DNA of 64,000 nucleotides from an uncultured Sphingopyxis sp. Lineage in GTDB: Bacteria; Pseudomonadota; Alphaproteobacteria; Sphingomonadales; Sphingomonadaceae. The position numbers were made by a program, and so were the translations under genes. The notes below the pieces were generated by a model that saw only the letters and a list, made by a program, of their open reading frames with translations, searched no databases and was not told the DNA's origin. Location: positions 23,425 through 87,424 of the forward strand of contig CAKZIN010000093.1 of NCBI GenBank assembly GCA_936933955.1, in the 5' to 3' direction. Below are positions 20,490 through 29,871 of the stretch, piece by piece (position 1 is the first letter of the stretch; each line of letters starts with the position of its first letter).

Positions 20490-21029
20490 TCAGAACTTCA
20501 CGATCACGCCCGCAGTGGCGCGGACGGTGTCGAAGCCGATCGTATCGACGCCGACGCGCAGCTTTGCGCCACCGAACATCGACGTGCCGAACTCCGCACC
20601 CGCACCGACCAAGTAATCGCCGCGGGTCGTGTCAACGCCCGGAGTGACCTGGATGACGTTCAGATCGCTGATGTCGATGTCGACCCACTGGTAGCCACCA
20701 CGGATGTAGCCCGAGCTGCCTTCGCTGAACGGGAACGAAACTCGGGCGGCGACGCCATACTCCTGATCGACGCGCCCGGTGCCGACGTTGTAGTTGCCTT
20801 CGACGCCGACGCTCAGGTTCTGAGAGACCGGCACGTCGACGCCGCCGACCACGCCGAAGATCGCGCCGTCGTCCGAAACCCCGGCGCCGGTGATGACACC
20901 GCTGGTGTCGAGATCATGATACCCGGCGGTGACGCCGACGTAGGGCGAAGCGGAAGCGGTCTGCGCCGAAGCAGCGGTGGCGCCGGTGAGGGCGGCAACG
21001 GTGGCAGCAAGGACCGTGATCTTACGCAT
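20490..21029 (-). CDS. small outer-membrane beta-barrel protein (OmpA-like barrel/OmpW-type)
   Basis: Signal peptide ending AASA-QT. Alternating-hydrophobic beta strands. C-terminal Phe. Confidence 0.65.
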   Translation of the reverse strand: MRKITVLAATVAALTGATAASAQTASASPYVGVTAGYHDLDTSGVITGAGVSDDGAIFGVVGGVDVPVSQNLSVGVEGNYNVGTGRVDQEYGVAARVSFPFSEGSSGYIRGGYQWVDIDISDLNVIQVTPGVDTTRGDYLVGAGAEFGTSMFGGAKLRVGVDTIGFDTVRATAGVIVKF

Positions 21030-21130
21030 TATTTATTCCTTTGGTTTGGCCATCGATCGTGACGGCGCGACCCGGTTCCTCTGCCGGTGCCAACATGAAC
21101 GAACCACAACATCGCCACTAGCGAGTGACG

Positions 21131-21169
21131 AAAAGCCGCCGTTGCGCGGGGTTGTTGCGTAGACGCAAC
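21131..21169 (-). terminator. Candidate terminator region for the radical-SAM/UDG operon
   Basis: Palindrome GTTGCGT-AG-ACGCAAC at 21154-21169 and a short hairpin CCGCGCAACGGCGG followed by TTTT on the minus strand, 25-60 bp downstream of the 21193 stop. Confidence 0.25.
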
Positions 21170-21192
21170 GGTTTCTGACCAGCCGTTCAGAT

Positions 21193-22668
21193 TCAGGCGA
21201 CGAGGCGTTGCGAGATTTGATGCGCGGCGCGCAGATCGTCGACGAACCGCTCCCGCTCCATTCGTGCGACCTCAGGGTCCGGCAGTCGCAGCAGATAGCT
21301 CGGGTGCACCGTCACGCGGGCGGCGAGCCCATTCGCCAGCTCCATCTCCGTATCGCGCACGCGCGAGATCGTCACCGCCTTGCCCAGCAGACTTCGCGCC
21401 GCGCTCGCCCCCATCGCCAGCACCAGCTTGGGCTGCACCAGCTCCAACTCGCGGTCGAGCCACCAGCGGCAGGCGCTGATCTCGTTGGCGGTCGGCGTCT
21501 GGTGGATCCGCCGCTTCCCGCGACGAACGAAGCTGAAATGCTTCACGGCGTTGGTCACGTAAAGCCGCGACCGGTCGATCCCGGCCTCCTCCAGCGCCGC
21601 GTCGAACAGCTGGCCCGCTGGCCCTACGAACGGACGCCCGGCAAGGTCCTCCTGATCGCCCGGTTGCTCCCCCACGATCACCAACGCGGCGTCGAGCGGG
21701 CCTTCGCCAAACACCATCTGCGTCGCGTCGAGGTGGAGCGGACACCGCGTGCACGCGCGCGCCTCGTCCCGCAGCGCTTGCCACGCCGGCAAAATATTGC
21801 TCGGCAGCGGCGGCGGCTGAACGGCGGGGCGGCTAGCGGGGGAAGCCGCCACCGCCATCACCTTGGCCGCCGAAGCGTCGAGCATCGCCGCCGACCGCGC
21901 CTGCGCGCCTGCGATCAGTTCGGGGATGAGTGCGGTTTCCGGCATGTTGGCCCAGTATTTCTTGGGCATCTCCTTCATCATCGCCTTCACCTTCACCCGC
22001 GCGGGGTTGAAGATGCTCGCATAGTAGCGGCGCCACGTATCCTCGACCGGATCGCCCTCCGGCGCATCGCCGCGCACCGCGCCCGGCCCCTCCGTCACCC
22101 GCTGGCCATCCCAGTGCAACGTCATCTCGGGCGTGAGGATCGACCAGCGCATCGAGGCGAAGCGATTGACGAAAAAGCCTGCGTTGGCGCGAACGATATG
22201 ATGATCGGGCTCGAACCACGCGACGTAGCGCGGAGTATCGGCGCCCTCCTCCTCAACCGCGCGGAAGCGGACGAAGGCGTGCATCTTATGGATGTCCCGC
22301 CGCACTGATTTCGCGAGCGCCTCGACCTTGGCGACCAGCGGGTCGGCGCGATCGTCGAGGCGGCGCCGCTTGGCAGCAAGGTCCGCGATGAGCTGGTGGC
22401 AGAGCACGAACCGCTCGTGTTCGCGATGGAGAAGCGCGGTGGAAACGAGCTGAAGTGCCGCCTTTGGCACCGACAGCGGGGGCGGCGAGCGCACCGCCTC
22501 CAGCGGCACCCCGACACTCGCGAGCAGGTCGCCGCCTTCTTCCGCCACCAGCCAACGAATACGCTCGGGAGCGATGCCGCGGGCGATCGCACTGCGCACA
22601 TGCGCGCGCCAGCCCGGCACGTCATCCTCCGCTTCGAGCTGCGCCGTGTAAGCGACGCCGTCGTTCAC
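21193..22668 (-). CDS. Fusion protein: DUF4130 (TIGR03915-type) N-terminal domain + family-4 uracil-DNA-glycosylase-like C-terminal domain
   Basis: C-terminal UDG-4 motifs GEQPGDQED...GPAG..F, HPS.LLR. GTG start at 22668 (VNDGVAYTAQ...) overlaps the radical-SAM stop (GTGA). The track ORF extends further, to 22761. Confidence 0.75.
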   Translation of the reverse strand: MNDGVAYTAQLEAEDDVPGWRAHVRSAIARGIAPERIRWLVAEEGGDLLASVGVPLEAVRSPPPLSVPKAALQLVSTALLHREHERFVLCHQLIADLAAKRRRLDDRADPLVAKVEALAKSVRRDIHKMHAFVRFRAVEEEGADTPRYVAWFEPDHHIVRANAGFFVNRFASMRWSILTPEMTLHWDGQRVTEGPGAVRGDAPEGDPVEDTWRRYYASIFNPARVKVKAMMKEMPKKYWANMPETALIPELIAGAQARSAAMLDASAAKVMAVAASPASRPAVQPPPLPSNILPAWQALRDEARACTRCPLHLDATQMVFGEGPLDAALVIVGEQPGDQEDLAGRPFVGPAGQLFDAALEEAGIDRSRLYVTNAVKHFSFVRRGKRRIHQTPTANEISACRWWLDRELELVQPKLVLAMGASAARSLLGKAVTISRVRDTEMELANGLAARVTVHPSYLLRLPDPEVARMERERFVDDLRAAHQISQRLVA

Positions 22669-23918
22669 GCGGCGAGATCGGTGAACGCGTCGAGTTGCAC
22701 CGCTGGTGGCCTGACGAACGCGTCGAGATCGCTCCGATCGGCGAGCAGCGTCGGGCGCCAATCCTCGGTCACGATAAACGGCCGTAATTTGCGAATGGAG
22801 CGGCTGATGCGAGCTATATCGTCCATGCGCAGACGTCGATTGCGCCGCGCGGAAATGATCGCATTGACCGCTTTGGGCCCAAGGCCCGGCACCCGCAACA
22901 GGAGCTCCCTCGGCGCACGGTTGACGTCCAATGGGAACAGGTGCCGGTTCGCGAGCGCCCAGGCGAGCTTGGGGTCGATGTCGAGCGGCAACATCCCTGC
23001 CCCGTCGGTCGCCGCCGCGACCTCAGACGGTGAAAAGCCGTAAAAGCGCATCATCCAGTCGGACTGGTACAGCCGATGCTCGCGCATCAGCGGCGGCGAT
23101 TTGAGCGGCAGCACCGTGCTTGCGTCCGGGATCGGCGAAAAGGCGCTGTAGTAAACGCGCCGCAGACCGTGGCGGCGGTAGAGCGACTCCGCGGTGCCGA
23201 TGATCGTCGCATCGTTCGCCGCGTCGGCGCCGACGATCATCTGCGTCGATTGACCCGCGGGCGCGAATTTCGGCGCGTGCCGATAGCGCTTGCGCGCATC
23301 CTTGGTGTCGGTGATCGCGTCGGCCATCCCCGCCATCGCATCGTCAATGCCCTGCGCATCCTTGTCAGGCGCGAGCTGGCGGAGCCCGCCGATCGTCGGC
23401 AGCTCAATGTTGATCGACACGCGGTCCGCCCACAGCCCCGCCTCGTGGATCAGCTGCGGGTCAGCGTCGGGGATGGTCTTGAGGTGGATGTATCCGCGAA
23501 ATCCATGATCGACGCGCAACGTCTTCGCAACGCGGACCAGCTGCTCCATCGTATAGTCGGACGACTTGATGATGCCGGACGAGAGGAACAGACCCTCGAT
23601 ATAATTGCGACGGTAAAAGTCGAGCGTCAGCGCGACGACTTCTTCCGGAGTGAACCGCGCGCGGCGGACGTTACTCGACTTGCGATTGATGCAATAGTGG
23701 CAGTCGAAAATGCAGCTGTTGGTGAGCAGCAGCTTGAGCAGCGAGATGCAACGCCCATCGGGAGCATAGGCATGACAGATGCCCGCGCCGGTGGTCGAGC
23801 CAATGCCCTTGCCGCCGCGACTGTTACGCTTGGACCCGCCGGATGACGCGCAACTCGCGTCATATTTGGCCGCATCCGCCAGGATCGCCAACTTATCGGA
23901 GAGCGAGAGCTGCGCCAT
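22665..23918 (-). CDS. Putative DNA modification/repair radical SAM protein (SplB-like, TIGR03916-type)
   Basis: CxxxCxxC radical-SAM cluster motif (CIFDCHYC) within LLLTNSCIFDCHYCINR. 417 aa. Confidence 0.8.
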   Translation of the reverse strand: MAQLSLSDKLAILADAAKYDASCASSGGSKRNSRGGKGIGSTTGAGICHAYAPDGRCISLLKLLLTNSCIFDCHYCINRKSSNVRRARFTPEEVVALTLDFYRRNYIEGLFLSSGIIKSSDYTMEQLVRVAKTLRVDHGFRGYIHLKTIPDADPQLIHEAGLWADRVSINIELPTIGGLRQLAPDKDAQGIDDAMAGMADAITDTKDARKRYRHAPKFAPAGQSTQMIVGADAANDATIIGTAESLYRRHGLRRVYYSAFSPIPDASTVLPLKSPPLMREHRLYQSDWMMRFYGFSPSEVAAATDGAGMLPLDIDPKLAWALANRHLFPLDVNRAPRELLLRVPGLGPKAVNAIISARRNRRLRMDDIARISRSIRKLRPFIVTEDWRPTLLADRSDLDAFVRPPAVQLDAFTDLAA

Positions 23919-23920
23919 CC

Positions 23921-23935
23921 GTTCGATATATGTTC
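23921..23935 (-). promoter_or_regulatory. LexA (SOS) box of alphaproteobacterial type, GTTC-N7-GTTC
   Basis: GTTCGATATATGTTC seen directly, 3 bp upstream of the radical-SAM ATG. The A/T-rich spacer could double as a -10 element. Confidence 0.5.
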
Positions 23936-24005
23936 GAAGGCCCGCGGAGTCGAGGGGTTACGGAGCAAGCCTTGTCGCAAAGCCTGAGTTACGCGGCACG
24001 AAAGC

Positions 24006-24026
24006 GGGTGGGGCGTTGCCCCACCC
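24006..24026 (-). terminator. Stem-loop terminator candidate downstream of ahcY
   Basis: Perfect 9-bp inverted repeat GGGTGGGGC-GTT-GCCCCACCC, about 10 bp after the ahcY stop. Followed on the minus strand by GCTTTCG, a weak U-tract. Confidence 0.4.
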
Positions 24027-24035
24027 GACAGCCGG

Positions 24036-25469
24036 TCAATAGCGGTAGTGATCCGCCTTGAACGGCCCCTGCTGCGGCACGCCGATGTAGGCCGCCTGTT
24101 TGTCGGTCAGCGTGGTCAGTTTCACGCCCAGCTTGTCGAGGTGCAGCGCAGCGACCTTTTCGTCGAGGTGCTTGGGCAGGACATAGACGCGGTTCTCATA
24201 TTCCGCGCTCTTCTGCCACAGCTCGATCTGCGCCAGCACCTGGTTGGTGAAGCTCGAGCTCATCACAAACGACGGGTGCCCCGTCGCGCAGCCGAGGTTC
24301 ACTAGCCGCCCCTTGGCAAGGATGATGATCTGCTTGCCGTCGGGAAACTCGACGAGGTCGGTGCCCGGCTTGATCTCGGTCCACTTGTAGTTGGACATCG
24401 CCGCGATCTGGATCTCGCTGTCGAAGTGGCCAATGTTGCAGACGATGGCCATCGGCTTCATCGCCGCCATATGCTCGGCGGTGATGACGTCCTCGTTGCC
24501 GGTCGCGGTGACGAAGATGTCGCAGCGCTGGACCGCCTCCTCCATCGTCACGACCTCATATCCCTCCATCGCCGCCTGCAGCGCGCAGATCGGGTCGATT
24601 TCGGTGACCATGACGCGCGCGCCGCCCTGACGCAGTGAGGCGGCCGAGCCCTTGCCGACGTCGCCGAAGCCGGCCACGCACGCGACCTTGCCAGCGAGCA
24701 TCACGTCGGTCGCGCGGCGGATGGCGTCGACCAGGCTCTCCTTGCAGCCGTAGAGATTGTCGAACTTCGACTTGGTGACGCTATCGTTGACGTTGATCGC
24801 CGGGAACGGGAGCTTCCCGTCCTTGGCGATGTGGTAAAGCCGGTGAACGCCGGTCGTCGTCTCTTCGCTGACGCCCTTGATGGCGTTGACCGTGCGGCTG
24901 AGGTAGCCGGGCTTCGCAGCGAGGAACGCCCTGAGCGCGCGCTGGAATTCGACCTCTTCCTCGTTTGCCGGCTCGGGGAGTTCGTCACCCGCCTCGACCC
25001 GCGCGCCCCACAGCGCGAACATGGTCGCATCGCCGCCGTCGTCGAGGATGAGGTTGCAGGTGCGGTCGGCTTCGCCCTCACGCGACCAGTCGAAGATGCG
25101 GCCGACATAGTCCCAATAGTCGGCGAGGCTTTCACCCTTGATCGCGAACACGGGCACGCCAGTCGCGGCGATCGCGGCAGCGGCGTGGTCCTGCGTCGAA
25201 TAGATGTTGCAAGTCGCCCAACGAACTTCGGCGCCAAGCGCGGTCAGCGTCTCGATCAGCACGGCGGTCTGGATCGTCATGTGCAGCGATCCGGTGATGC
25301 GCGCGCCCTTGAGCGGCTGTGAGGCGCCATATTCCTCACGCAGCGCCATCAGGCCCGGCATCTCGGTTTCGGCAATGCGAATTTCGGCGCGGCCATAGTC
25401 GGCCTGCGAGATATCGGCGACGACATAGTCCTGCGAGGCGGCGAGAATGGCCACGTGACGTTGCTCCAA
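24036..25469 (-). CDS. ahcY: adenosylhomocysteinase
   Basis: 477 aa. N-terminal DYxVADIxxADxGRxEIxIAE...[13 protein letters not shown]-binding GxGxxG region. Strongly conserved family. Confidence 0.9.
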   Translation of the reverse strand: MEQRHVAILAASQDYVVADISQADYGRAEIRIAETEMPGLMALREEYGASQPLKGARITGSLHMTIQTAVLIETLTALGAEVRWATCNIYSTQDHAAAAIAATGVPVFAIKGESLADYWDYVGRIFDWSREGEADRTCNLILDDGGDATMFALWGARVEAGDELPEPANEEEVEFQRALRAFLAAKPGYLSRTVNAIKGVSEETTTGVHRLYHIAKDGKLPFPAINVNDSVTKSKFDNLYGCKESLVDAIRRATDVMLAGKVACVAGFGDVGKGSAASLRQGGARVMVTEIDPICALQAAMEGYEVVTMEEAVQRCDIFVTATGNEDVITAEHMAAMKPMAIVCNIGHFDSEIQIAAMSNYKWTEIKPGTDLVEFPDGKQIIILAKGRLVNLGCATGHPSFVMSSSFTNQVLAQIELWQKSAEYENRVYVLPKHLDEKVAALHLDKLGVKLTTLTDKQAAYIGVPQQGPFKADHYRY

Positions 25470-25548
25470 TGGGCTTTTCGAGAATGCCGCGGCCCTTAGC
25501 GTTCAGAGAGCCAACTCGCAAGGCGCGTATAAAGCGATCATTATATCC

Positions 25549-26169
25549 TCACGCGCGTCCGCCAACCGAGGCAAGGCGGAGAGGGTCGATCCCATCGCGC
25601 ACGAACACGCTCGCCCACCGCGTTTCCGGGGAGAGGTCGAACAGCGCCGCATCGTCGCAGTCGGTGACGTGCCAGCCGCCGTTCGCCACTTCCTCTTCGA
25701 GCTGCCCTTCGCCCCAGCCGGCGTAGCCCAGCGCCGCAAACCAGCGGCTCGGCCCCTTGCCTGCCGCCAATGCGCGAAGCACGTCGAGCGTGATGGTGAG
25801 GCCGAAACGGCCCGCGACGTCGATGCTGCCCTGCCCGCTCCAGTCGAGGCTATGGACGATGAAGCCGCGCGTCGTCTCCACCGGTCCGCCAATGAGGATT
25901 GGCGCTTCGGGCGTCGCCACCCGAGGCTCGACCCCCGACTGTTCGAGCAGCTCGGCAAAGCGCATCGCGCTTTCCGCAGAGCAGCCGATGCCCATCGCGC
26001 CTTCCTCGTCGTGGCTGACGATGGCGATGACGCTCTGTTCAAAGCGCGGGTCGCCGATCCCCGGCATCGCGAGCAGCAGCTTGCCGGTGAACCAGCGGGG
26101 ATCGGGATCGCGCATGAGTGTCAAGGTGGCGCTCCGCGCGGCGCTGTCAACGATGCGCTTGCGGGCCAT
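25549..26169 (-). CDS. YqgE/AlgH-family protein (UPF0301)
   Basis: Core FTGKLLLAMPGIGDPRFEQSVIAIVSHDEEGAMGIG matches the YqgE N-terminal signature. The track ORF 25549..26388 has a spurious N-terminal extension. Start is 26169 or 26115. Confidence 0.6.
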   Translation of the reverse strand: MARKRIVDSAARSATLTLMRDPDPRWFTGKLLLAMPGIGDPRFEQSVIAIVSHDEEGAMGIGCSAESAMRFAELLEQSGVEPRVATPEAPILIGGPVETTRGFIVHSLDWSGQGSIDVAGRFGLTITLDVLRALAAGKGPSRWFAALGYAGWGEGQLEEEVANGGWHVTDCDDAALFDLSPETRWASVFVRDGIDPLRLASVGGRA

Positions 26170-26233
26170 GATGGAACCTGTCAGCGCCGCCACGCTTACC
26201 CCTCCCGATCCCCCCCCAACAGGAGCGACCACC

Positions 26234-26713
26234 GTGGCCATTGAAGTCGGACAGCCTTTTCCCAGCGTCACCCTCACCAAGGTGACCGATGACGGCCCGC
26301 AGCCTGTGTCGAGCGACGAGTATTTCGCAGGCCGCAAGGTCGCGCTCTTCTCCGTCCCCGGCGCGTTTACCCCGACCTGCTCCGCCAAGCACCTGCCGAG
26401 CTTCGTCGAAAACCGTCAGCAGCTCGCGGACAAGGGCATCGACGAGATCGCGGCCACCGCAGTCAACGACCCGTTCGTGATGAAGGCGTGGGGCCAGCAA
26501 AGCTCCGCTGAGGGGATCACCATGCTCGCCGACGGCAACGGCGACCTTGTCGAGGCGCTCGGGCTGACGATGGACGGCTCGAAGTTCGGCATGGGCAAGC
26601 GCGGCCAGCGCTTTTCGATGATCGTCGACAACGGCACCGTGACCCAGCTCAACGTGGAGCAGCCGGGCGACTACCGCCTGTCGAGCGCGGAGCACATGCT
26701 CTCGCAGCTCTAA
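26234..26713 (+). CDS. peroxiredoxin (Prx5-like, AhpC/TSA family)
   Basis: GTG start with AGGAG 6 nt upstream. MAIEVGQPFP...FSVPGAFTPTCS catalytic motif. About 159 aa. Confidence 0.75.
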   Translation: MAIEVGQPFPSVTLTKVTDDGPQPVSSDEYFAGRKVALFSVPGAFTPTCSAKHLPSFVENRQQLADKGIDEIAATAVNDPFVMKAWGQQSSAEGITMLADGNGDLVEALGLTMDGSKFGMGKRGQRFSMIVDNGTVTQLNVEQPGDYRLSSAEHMLSQL

Positions 26714-26750
26714 TGGTTGCCAGCCGCGTGGCGGTGGCATAGTCGGGGCC

Positions 26751-28208
26751 ATGAAGAAAGAGGACCCCGCCGCCACCGTCGCCGGCGTCATCGAACAGCT
26801 CCAGCGCCGGTACGACGCGTCGGTCGGACGCCTGCGCGAGGCTGTCGCAAGCTACGTCGCCACCGGCAAGAAGCCCGACCCGCTGCTCCGCCGCGGTGGC
26901 GCCTTCACCTATCCCGAACTGCGCATCACCCGGCTGGGCGCGCCGCGGAAGGGCGACCGCACGGTCGCATTTGGCAGCCTTCCCGATGCAGGAAGCTATG
27001 CCACCACGGTCACCCAGCCACAGCTGTTCGCGCCCTACCTCACCGAACAGCTGCGCCTGATCGCGGAACATTATGACGTCCGCTTCGAAGTCGGTGCGAG
27101 CGCGCAGGAGATCCCGTTCGCCTATGTGCTGGACGGGCTGACCGGCGGCGCTCTGGGCGGCGTCTCCCCGGTTGAGCTGGCGGAGCATTTTCCGGCGACC
27201 GAACTCGCGCATATCGGCGACGAGCTCGCCGACGGGTTGTTCCTGACCAAAAGCGGCGGGCCGCGGCCGCTGGCCCTGTTCGATGCGCTGCGCACCGATT
27301 TCAGCCTCGCGCGGTTGCGTCACTACACCGGGACGCCGCCCGCGCATTTCCAGAAGTACATCCTTTTCACCAACTACCATCGCTACGTCGATGAATTCGT
27401 GGCGTGGGCGACGCGACAGGTTGGGCGCGAAGGCTACACCGCGCTGTCGGGCGCGGGCGGGCTGTTTATCGACCGGGCTGACGGGGACTCGGTGCAGCTC
27501 GTGGGCGACAGCGCTTGGCGCAAGCATCAGATGCCCGCCTATCACCTGATGCGAGAGGATGGCGCCGGGATCACGCTGGTCAACATCGGCGTCGGCCCAT
27601 CCAACGCCAAGACCGTCACCGATCACCTTGCGGTGCTGCGGCCCGAGGCGTGGCTGATGATCGGGCACTGCGGGGGGCTGAGGCCGACGCAGCGGATCGG
27701 TGATTATGTGCTCGCCCACGCATATCTGCGCGACGATCACGTGCTCGACAGCGTGCTTCCGCCGGAAATTCCCATTCCGGCCATTGCCGAAGTGCAGTTG
27801 AGTCTCGCCGAGGCCGCGGAAACCGTGTCGGGGGAAAGCGGCGCGGACCTCAAGCGGCGGATGCGCACGGGCACCGTCGTCACCACCGACGATCGCAACT
27901 GGGAGCTGCGCTACTCGGACAGCGCGCTCCGCTTTTCGCAGTCGCGCGCGATCGCCATCGACATGGAGTCGGCAACGATTGCAGCGCAAGGCTATCGCTT
28001 CCGCGTCCCCTACGGCACGCTGCTGTGCGTGAGCGACAAGCCGCTGCACGGCGAGCTCAAGCTGCCGGGCCAGGCGAACCAGTTCTACGAAGAGGCGATC
28101 GCCGCGCACCTCCAGATCGGCATCCACGCCATCGACCGGCTGCGCGCGGAGGGGGCGCGATTGCACTCCCGCAAGCTTCGCGCGTTCAACGAACCCCCCT
28201 TCCGTTGA
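26751..28208 (+). CDS. amn: AMP nucleosidase
   Basis: 485 aa. N-terminal Amn-specific domain plus C-terminal PNP/UDP phosphorylase-like fold. Confidence 0.85.
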   Translation: MKKEDPAATVAGVIEQLQRRYDASVGRLREAVASYVATGKKPDPLLRRGGAFTYPELRITRLGAPRKGDRTVAFGSLPDAGSYATTVTQPQLFAPYLTEQLRLIAEHYDVRFEVGASAQEIPFAYVLDGLTGGALGGVSPVELAEHFPATELAHIGDELADGLFLTKSGGPRPLALFDALRTDFSLARLRHYTGTPPAHFQKYILFTNYHRYVDEFVAWATRQVGREGYTALSGAGGLFIDRADGDSVQLVGDSAWRKHQMPAYHLMREDGAGITLVNIGVGPSNAKTVTDHLAVLRPEAWLMIGHCGGLRPTQRIGDYVLAHAYLRDDHVLDSVLPPEIPIPAIAEVQLSLAEAAETVSGESGADLKRRMRTGTVVTTDDRNWELRYSDSALRFSQSRAIAIDMESATIAAQGYRFRVPYGTLLCVSDKPLHGELKLPGQANQFYEEAIAAHLQIGIHAIDRLRAEGARLHSRKLRAFNEPPFR

Positions 28209-28246
28209 GCAATAGCGGGCAAAAGGGAACCGGAGGGATATTTTCG

Positions 28247-29080
28247 ATGCGAAGCCTGATCGTCATGACACTCGTCGCCGCCGCCGCCACTTCCGCGAGC
28301 GCGCAAGACGGCCCGCGAGCGGTAGGGTCGGACGAGTATTTCGAGGCGGGCGCAGGTGCGTTCGCCCGGCCGCGCTACCCAGGCTCGCGCCATTTCAATA
28401 TCGGCCCGCGCCCCACCTTTGGCGGCATTGCGGACATAGAGCCGACCGACCGTCTGGGCGGCGGAGTGCGTGAGGGGCTGCGCTACAATCTGTCCCCCAA
28501 CCCTGAACGCTGGGGCATCGGCCCTGCGGCGCGGATCGACTTCGGCCGCCGACGCAGCGACGCCGACCGCTACACCCCCGGACTGGGCAAGGTTGGCATC
28601 GGCGTGGAGCTTGGCGGCTTCGGTCAGCTGGCGATCGGCGAGCACCTCGTCGCCCGGGTCGAGGGACGCCAGGCCGTGAGCGGACACGAAGGCTTCATCG
28701 CCGACGCGGTTGTCGAGGGGACGTGGCGCTACAATGATCGCACCGCGCTCGTCGTGGGCCCGCGCCTACGGTACACCGACGGCCGCTACAATCGCGCTTA
28801 TTTCGGCGTGACTCCGGCGCAGTCGTTGGCTTCGGCGGGACGCTTCGCGACCTTCACGCCCGGCGCGGGGATCAGCGAAGTCGGCGGCGGCGCGACGCTC
28901 TACTTTCCTATCGCCGAGCGTTGGAGCGGGTCGGTCAACGCCGACTACGGCCGTCTGATCGGCCCTGTCGCAGATTCCCCCGTGGTGCTCGACCGCGACG
29001 GTTCGCGCGATCAGTGGAGCGGCGGCGTCACCCTCACCTACCGCTTCCGCCGGGGAGGGTCGCGCTCGGGCGAACGCTAG
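28247..29080 (+). CDS. MipA/OmpV-family outer-membrane protein
   Basis: ATG at 28247 with GGAGGGA RBS. Signal peptide MRSLIVMTLVAAAATSASAQ. Beta-rich sequence with a YxF-type end. Confidence 0.6.
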   Translation: MRSLIVMTLVAAAATSASAQDGPRAVGSDEYFEAGAGAFARPRYPGSRHFNIGPRPTFGGIADIEPTDRLGGGVREGLRYNLSPNPERWGIGPAARIDFGRRRSDADRYTPGLGKVGIGVELGGFGQLAIGEHLVARVEGRQAVSGHEGFIADAVVEGTWRYNDRTALVVGPRLRYTDGRYNRAYFGVTPAQSLASAGRFATFTPGAGISEVGGGATLYFPIAERWSGSVNADYGRLIGPVADSPVVLDRDGSRDQWSGGVTLTYRFRRGGSRSGER

Positions 29081-29103
29081 AGCTGGGGATCTGCGGCGGC
29101 GGC

Positions 29104-29868
29104 TCAGCCGCCGCCCAGAAACGCGACCATCGCAGCGCCCAGCCCCGCTTCCATGACGCTGGTCATATGCGTGCCGGGCACCCAGCCGAGCTCGGCATCG
29201 GGGAGCGACTCGGCGAGCCGTTCGGGCGATCCATTGTCGCGATCTTCGGTGCCCGACAGCACCAGCGTCGGCATCGTCACTCTCGCGGCGAGCTGGTGGA
29301 CATCGATGTCGTCGAGCGCCTCGAGCAGCAGCCGCGCCGCCACGCGATCGACCTGCATGGTCTTCATGAAGCCGACCGCCATGAAATCGGGATCGCCGCG
29401 CTTGACGGTCTCGAACCGGTCGATGGCGCGGAGGAAAAACTCCCGCCGCCGCGCCCAGCCGGTCAGCCCCTCATAACCCATTCCGGCAAGTATCAGCCGC
29501 CGCGGCGCCACGCCGTCCATCACCGCACGCACCGCCGTCCGCGCGCCAAGCGAGAAGCCCGCCAGGTCGAACTCGCCCGGCGCCAGCCCCAACTCAGCCA
29601 CCAGGTCCGCCACATCCTCCGCGAGCACGCCGGGACGGTAGGCTGCAGGATCGTGCGGCTTGTCGCTGAGGCCGTGGGCGCGCAGGTCGAGCATGATCAG
29701 CCGATGCCCTGCGTCGGCCAGCGTCTGCGCCGTGCCCCACTTGATCCAATTCATCTGCGCGTCGGAGAACAGCCCGTGAAGCAGGATCAGCGGCCTTCCC
29801 GCCCCCGCCTCGCGCCAGACCAGCCGCACGCCGTCGCGCGCCGCGAAACTGTGCTGGGTGACCTCCAT
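29104..29868 (-). CDS. alpha/beta-fold hydrolase
   Basis: HGLFSD (HGxxS oxyanion-region motif), nucleophile-elbow GFSLG, 254 aa. Confidence 0.7.
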   Translation of the reverse strand: MEVTQHSFAARDGVRLVWREAGAGRPLILLHGLFSDAQMNWIKWGTAQTLADAGHRLIMLDLRAHGLSDKPHDPAAYRPGVLAEDVADLVAELGLAPGEFDLAGFSLGARTAVRAVMDGVAPRRLILAGMGYEGLTGWARRREFFLRAIDRFETVKRGDPDFMAVGFMKTMQVDRVAARLLLEALDDIDVHQLAARVTMPTLVLSGTEDRDNGSPERLAESLPDAELGWVPGTHMTSVMEAGLGAAMVAFLGGG

Positions 29869-29871
29869 CCT

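Noticed and set aside
25470-25566. Possible SAH riboswitch or promoter upstream of ahcY
   Set aside because: The leader is only about 79 nt and lacks the conserved SAH-riboswitch pseudoknot segments. Only a TATAAT-like hexamer (minus strand, plus coordinates 25540-25545) was seen, so no structured RNA is claimed.
25549-26388. N-terminal 73-aa extension of the YqgE ORF
   Set aside because: The extension overlaps the divergent peroxiredoxin gene and has no family similarity. An internal Met matches the YqgE family N-terminus.
26649-28166. 505-aa minus-strand ORF antisense to amn
   Set aside because: Arg/Ala/Gly-rich with no motifs. amn on the plus strand has strong family features.
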